The position numbers and the translations under genes were made by a program. Positions 60,233 to 64,000 of a stretch of DNA of 64,000 nt are shown piece after piece (within the stretch, counting starts at the first letter, position 1; every line of letters begins with the position of its first letter). The notes below the pieces were generated by a model. It was not told the DNA's origin. It did no database searches and saw only the letters and a list, made by a program, of their open reading frames with translations. This stretch comes from a virus (lineage: Duplodnaviria; Caudoviricetes), in the IMG/VR virus record IMGVR_UViG_3300025809_001850; one strand, written 5' to 3'.

Positions 60233-61196
60233 AAACATATTAATAACAGGAGGTTGCGGATTCATCGGTTCAAATCTTGTTCTGCATCTTGCGAAGAAGT
60301 ATCCTAATTACAAGTTAATCAACTTGGATTTAATGACATATGCTTCTGACGCAAGTTATTTAAAAACGTTAAAAGACAATCCAAATTATTTACTCGTGAA
60401 AGGAGATATTCGTGATGAAAACTTGGTCAATTCACTTTTTGATGAACACAACATTGATTCAGTAATTCACCTTGCAGCCGAATCACACGTAGACAATAGC
60501 ATCAAACGACCATTGGACTTCGTTACAACGAATGTGGTCGGAACTTGCGTATTGCTTGAGGTTTTCCGTAGAAAATGCACAGGAAGGTTTCATTACGTGT
60601 CCACCGATGAAATCTATGGAACACTCGGCAAAGAAGGTCTGTTCACCGAGACCACTCCTCTTGCTCCGAATAGTCCGTATAGTGCAAGCAAGGCAAGTGG
60701 GAACTTTTTCGTAGACGCATATTACGAGACTTACGATTTGAATGTAATTACAACAAGTTGCAGTAACAATTATGGTCCACATCAGCATCGTGAGAAACTA
60801 ATTCCAACGATTGTTCGTACTGCGATTGCAGGAAAGAATATTCCAATTTACGGAAACGGAGACAACGTGAGAGATTGGTTGTTTGTAGAAGATCATTGTG
60901 TTGCGATTGATGAAGTATTTCACAACGGAAAAATCGGTGACATATATAACGTGGGTGGAGACAAAGAACTCAACAATCTTGAACTTGCAAATAAAATCTG
61001 TGATATTCTTGATGAATTAAAACCCAAAACAACAAAATACTCCAAACAACTAACGTTTGTTGAAGATCGTAAAGGACATGATTTCAGATACGCAGTTGAT
61101 TTCAGCAAAATCCATAACGAATTAAATTGGAATCCCACGAAGGATTTTGAAGGAAAGTTGCGTGAGACAATAGCATGGTGCATCAAAAATTTGTAA
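60222..61196 (+). CDS. rmlB: dTDP-glucose 4,6-dehydratase
   Basis: ITGGCGFIGSN, LDLMTYA, HLAAESHVDNSI, STDEIYG, PNSPYSASKA, CSNNYGP.QH.EKLIP, YGNG.NVRDWL.V.DH, DRKGHD.RYA. Confidence 0.95.
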   Translation: MKPKNILITGGCGFIGSNLVLHLAKKYPNYKLINLDLMTYASDASYLKTLKDNPNYLLVKGDIRDENLVNSLFDEHNIDSVIHLAAESHVDNSIKRPLDFVTTNVVGTCVLLEVFRRKCTGRFHYVSTDEIYGTLGKEGLFTETTPLAPNSPYSASKASGNFFVDAYYETYDLNVITTSCSNNYGPHQHREKLIPTIVRTAIAGKNIPIYGNGDNVRDWLFVEDHCVAIDEVFHNGKIGDIYNVGGDKELNNLELANKICDILDELKPKTTKYSKQLTFVEDRKGHDFRYAVDFSKIHNELNWNPTKDFEGKLRETIAWCIKNL

Positions 61197-61214
61197 TATA
61201 TATTATATTTAAGA

Positions 61215-62888
61215 ATGATGGATGAAATTAAAACGGCAGTTTATGCGTATTGGGCAAAACCATTTGCAGAAAAAAACGTTTATAGTAATTTCCAACGCAA
61301 AAACGATTTGCTTGTTTCATTAAAACTGAGTGTTGAGCAATCAAGAAAGTTTTTTGACAAGATTGTATTTTATGGAGATCACGAAGCAATTTCTCAGATT
61401 TGTAAAATCATTGAGTTTGATGAAATATACGATGACATTGAAGAATTAAATCAAAAAAATATTCCTGATTATTTTTATTCTTTGCCCAAGGCAATCGTAT
61501 GCGAAAAAATGCGAGAACCATTCGTGTTACTTGAAAATGATTTTTATTTGTGGGAAATTCCGTCCGAAAGCAAACTGTTAAATTCTGAATTAATTGTAGA
61601 AGATATGCACGTAACACCAGATGGTTACTATAAAGAAATATCTAATATGAAATCAGACGGATTAAATACTCGTCCAAGGTGGTATCGTTTTGCAAACAAA
61701 GGAGAATTTAAAATACCAAGCAAAGGCATTTACGGAGGAACAAACATCAAGTTCATTAATGAACACGCAGCTGAAGTAATTAAGTTAACAACTAATCCTG
61801 AAAATTTATCAAGATTTCAAGTTGAGAATGCAAATAAATCTTACAAAAATACGCACTTGGTTTATGATCTTTGGTATTGCGGAGCAAAAATTGATACACA
61901 CAAAATAGAACCATTTAATGTTCGTGTGAGTGATGTAAAATACACTCATTTGTATTCAGATAAAAAGAATGATCCTGATGTAATCATTAAATTATACCAA
62001 CGAGTCAAAAAAGATTTGCCGGAATTTATGAATTCAATAAAAAGCAAAGAAAGTTCCGTGTTTGATCCTCTTTCAGATTATGATTATTTTATTGAACCAA
62101 TCAAAGGAATTGATAATGTTCCGTGTGGTAAAAAGAAATTGACTTTCGTTATGGCATTAATGAATCGTTCGCATCAAATTGAACAAACCTTATTAAAAAA
62201 TCTTGAAGATAATTGGGAAGACCGTGATGATATAGAGTTTCTTCTGATGGATGTAAACAGTAAAGACGGATTTAGAAATTGGATTCGTGAACAAAATTTA
62301 GAAAAATACATTGAGTGTGGTTATTTGAGATACTATGAAACTGAAATACTTGATCAATGGCACGCTAGCATAGGCAAAAACACCGCAACACATCAAGCAC
62401 GTGGAACAATAGTGGTTACATTAGACTGCGATAATTTTACAGGCTATCGTGGTGGTAGATTTGTGATAACGCAGTTTGAACAAAATGATTACAATTGCGT
62501 AGTACATCAATATGATTGGAAACCCCAAAACGGAAACTTTGGAAGAATTGCATTAACCAAAAAGAAATTCAATGAAATTGGTGGATACGATCAATCGTTA
62601 CTTCCTATGGGTTATCAAGATTGGGACATCATAAAACGTGCAGAAGCATCAGGATGCAAGTATGTTAATCCAACCGATGAAGAATTTAATCGTGCAATTA
62701 TGAATGAAGGTGGAAAAGAACTTAGTATGGCAAATCAAACAGATGTACACAAACAAATGGGATGGATTGAAATGAACCGTATCAACAAATTAAAGTGTCA
62801 TATCAATCTTTATCAGAAAAAACACAAAGCAAACGAAGGTTATTACGGAATTCGGTCTGACGTTCGCAATATTTATGGTGAAGAGTAA
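61215..62888 (+). CDS. Fusion protein: DUF6734-like N-domain plus GT2/GT7-like C-domain
   Basis: N-half W.KP...KAIV...PFVLLENDFYLW...YTHL; C-half VTLDCDNF, GRIALTKKKF.EIGGYD..L..GYQDWD. Confidence 0.65.
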   Translation: MMDEIKTAVYAYWAKPFAEKNVYSNFQRKNDLLVSLKLSVEQSRKFFDKIVFYGDHEAISQICKIIEFDEIYDDIEELNQKNIPDYFYSLPKAIVCEKMREPFVLLENDFYLWEIPSESKLLNSELIVEDMHVTPDGYYKEISNMKSDGLNTRPRWYRFANKGEFKIPSKGIYGGTNIKFINEHAAEVIKLTTNPENLSRFQVENANKSYKNTHLVYDLWYCGAKIDTHKIEPFNVRVSDVKYTHLYSDKKNDPDVIIKLYQRVKKDLPEFMNSIKSKESSVFDPLSDYDYFIEPIKGIDNVPCGKKKLTFVMALMNRSHQIEQTLLKNLEDNWEDRDDIEFLLMDVNSKDGFRNWIREQNLEKYIECGYLRYYETEILDQWHASIGKNTATHQARGTIVVTLDCDNFTGYRGGRFVITQFEQNDYNCVVHQYDWKPQNGNFGRIALTKKKFNEIGGYDQSLLPMGYQDWDIIKRAEASGCKYVNPTDEEFNRAIMNEGGKELSMANQTDVHKQMGWIEMNRINKLKCHINLYQKKHKANEGYYGIRSDVRNIYGEE

Positions 62889-62899
62889 TATATATTTAT

Positions 62900-63319
62900 G
62901 TGGACAAACGCATAAATGAAGTAACATCCTCGGGCATTTCAACTACAACAGATTCAGAACCCGATTTTGGAAATTGGTTGGCTGCCGGAAAGATAAGAAA
63001 ACTTGGAGTAGAAATGAGTGGAGATGCTGATAAATGGTTTCGTACCGGAGGTTATACACAAACTGAGTTTCCTCAAGCAGATGATATTTGGGGTGGAAAG
63101 TTTGATGAACTAACTGCATTTAATCTTGATCCTGGTATTTATAGGAAGTCTGCCACCGAAAAATTGAAAGTTCCACCTACATGGTCTAACTTTGCAACAC
63201 CTGATGAAGCAGAATCGTTACCAAAACCAAATTCGGTAACAACTGATGATGAACTGGACACAGAAGACGAATTTGATGATATAAATGTAGAGATTCCAAA
63301 ATATCGTGATTTCTTTTGA
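62900..63319 (+). CDS. Hypothetical phage protein (139 aa, acidic C-terminus)
   Basis: GTG start directly after TATTTAT; fills the gap between flanking genes; no family recognised. Confidence 0.6.
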   Translation: MDKRINEVTSSGISTTTDSEPDFGNWLAAGKIRKLGVEMSGDADKWFRTGGYTQTEFPQADDIWGGKFDELTAFNLDPGIYRKSATEKLKVPPTWSNFATPDEAESLPKPNSVTTDDELDTEDEFDDINVEIPKYRDFF

Positions 63320-63354
63320 GTATTATTGAGTTATTATAATACTTATAATTGGTA

Positions 63355-63918
63355 ATGGAAGCACCAATGATAATCGGATTAACGGGTCTTGCTCGTTGTG
63401 GAAAAGATACTTTTTGTAATTATGCAAGAGAATACTTAAAATCAAAGAACTACGAATCACAACGACTTGCGTTTGCGGACGAACTTAAAAAGGATTTAGA
63501 TGCATTTTTGATTGAGAAACTTGGTATTTCAGCATTCACAGAAGTAACATCAGAAAAAGAAATTATACGTCCTATGCTTACAACATGGGGAACGGAGATA
63601 ATGCGTAAACAAGATGATTTGTGTTGGGTAAAAAAAGTGGAAGAAATCATTGTTGAAAATCAAAAAAATAATATAGTAAGTATTGTAACAGATATTCGTT
63701 TTCCAAATGAAATTGAATATATTCACAAAATGGGTGGATGTGTAATTCATTTGACTATGACAGGCAATAAACCTGCTAACGATTATGAAGCAGAAAACGA
63801 TCCATTGTTACGAAAGAATTCCAATTGCCATGTTGAATGGGAACGGTACGGAGATGATGCTCTAGAAAAGTGCATTGCTCATGTTGAAACTGCATTCAAA
63901 GAGTGCATCAACAAGTAA
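63355..63918 (+). CDS. Deoxynucleoside monophosphate kinase (T4 gp1-like)
   Basis: IIGLTGLARCGKDT P-loop, AFADELK, R.ML..WGTE..R, WV, IVTDIRFPNE, GG..I. Confidence 0.85.
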   Translation: MEAPMIIGLTGLARCGKDTFCNYAREYLKSKNYESQRLAFADELKKDLDAFLIEKLGISAFTEVTSEKEIIRPMLTTWGTEIMRKQDDLCWVKKVEEIIVENQKNNIVSIVTDIRFPNEIEYIHKMGGCVIHLTMTGNKPANDYEAENDPLLRKNSNCHVEWERYGDDALEKCIAHVETAFKECINK

Positions 63919-63948
63919 CTTTGTTTTTATAATTTCCTCGGAAACTTC

Positions 63949-63956
63949 TATTTATA
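63949..63956 (+). promoter_or_regulatory. TATTTATA element 4 nt before ATG
   Basis: ATG at 63961. Confidence 0.55.
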
Positions 63957-63960
63957 TAAT

Positions 63961-64000
63961 ATGAAGTATAATCCAAAGAAACGAAAAAGCACCAAAGAAG
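63961..64000 (+). CDS. Start of the next gene, 3'-partial (MKYNPKKRKSTKE...)
   Basis: ATG 4 nt after a TATTTATA motif; open to the window end. Confidence 0.5.
   Translation, partial: MKYNPKKRKSTKE

Larger units (their letters stand above)
26403..62888 (+). other. 44-gene glycan biosynthesis/modification island
   Basis: About 26 GT-like, 7 sulfotransferase-like, 3 DUF1796-like and 4 nucleotide-sugar genes, plus acetyltransferase, SGNH, alpha/beta hydrolase and GHKL ATPase; co-oriented and mostly translationally coupled. Confidence 0.9.

Noticed and set aside
26403-62888. Bacterial chromosomal O-antigen or capsule locus
   Set aside because: No wzx/wzy/wzz, ABC exporter or initiating transferase; flanked by phage-type structural genes and a gp1-like dNMP kinase.
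61-63750. All other short minus-strand and alternate-frame ORFs in the track
   Set aside because: They lie fully within longer plus-strand genes that have recognisable motifs; they show no motifs or start signals of their own.
63930-63947. Rho-independent terminator after the dNMP kinase
   Set aside because: Only a 5-bp stem with a 2-nt loop (TTTCC-TC-GGAAA) and no proper U-tract.
1-64000. Eukaryotic giant virus (NCLDV) origin
   Set aside because: The GT, GME and NRS/ER content is NCLDV-like, but pervasive ATGA/TGATG coupling, GGAG SD sites, GTG/TTG starts and a single-strand operon layout favour a bacteriophage. No hallmark gene is in the window, so NCLDV is not fully excluded.
1-64000. 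Stop-codon reassignment (code 15 or 4)
   Set aside because: Genes tile the window without interruption in the standard code, and TAG and TGA act as real stops (e.g. 37820, 49786, 57976).
1-64000. tRNA, rRNA, integrase, transposase or intron
   Set aside because: Intergenic gaps are at most about 60 nt and AT-rich, and no such motifs were seen.

Overview
A 64-kb, AT-rich, gene-dense segment of what is most likely a very large (jumbo) bacteriophage genome. Every credible gene is on the + strand and reads in the standard code. Many genes overlap by ATGA or similar stop/start junctions, several have GGAG-type Shine-Dalgarno sites, and a T4 gp1-like dNMP kinase lies at the right end. There are three blocks. 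(1) 1-26344: seven large, Cys-rich, modular, probably virion-associated proteins (330-3004 aa; the first is cut by the window edge). They have no obvious signal peptides and are built from a small shared set of domains joined by mucin-like Pro/Thr/Ser linkers. The modules include two paralogous cohesin-like domains and about seven dockerin/EF-hand-like repeats, suggesting a cellulosome-like plug-and-socket assembly of virion appendages. (2) 26403-62888: a 44-gene, ~36.5-kb glycan-building island with ~26 glycosyltransferase-like genes (GT25, GT77, GT8, GT31, GT64, GT11/NodZ/O-FucT-like, GT2/GT7, PLOD-type), 7 sulfotransferase-like genes, 3 DUF1796-like genes and a GDP-mannose 3,5-epimerase. 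It also has an RmlC-free L-rhamnose pathway (rmlA, rmlB, NRS/ER-type epimerase-reductase), an acetyltransferase, two hydrolases and a GHKL ATPase. It has no recognisable undecaprenyl initiator, flippase or polymerase. (3) 62900-64000: ordinary phage genes. My best candidate for a new system is a phage that assembles adhesin fibres through cohesin-dockerin-like modules and coats their PT-rich stalks with a self-encoded sulfated glycan. All family assignments come from recognising motifs by eye; no HMM, BLAST or structure search was run. No tRNA, rRNA, CRISPR array, integrase or transposase was seen.
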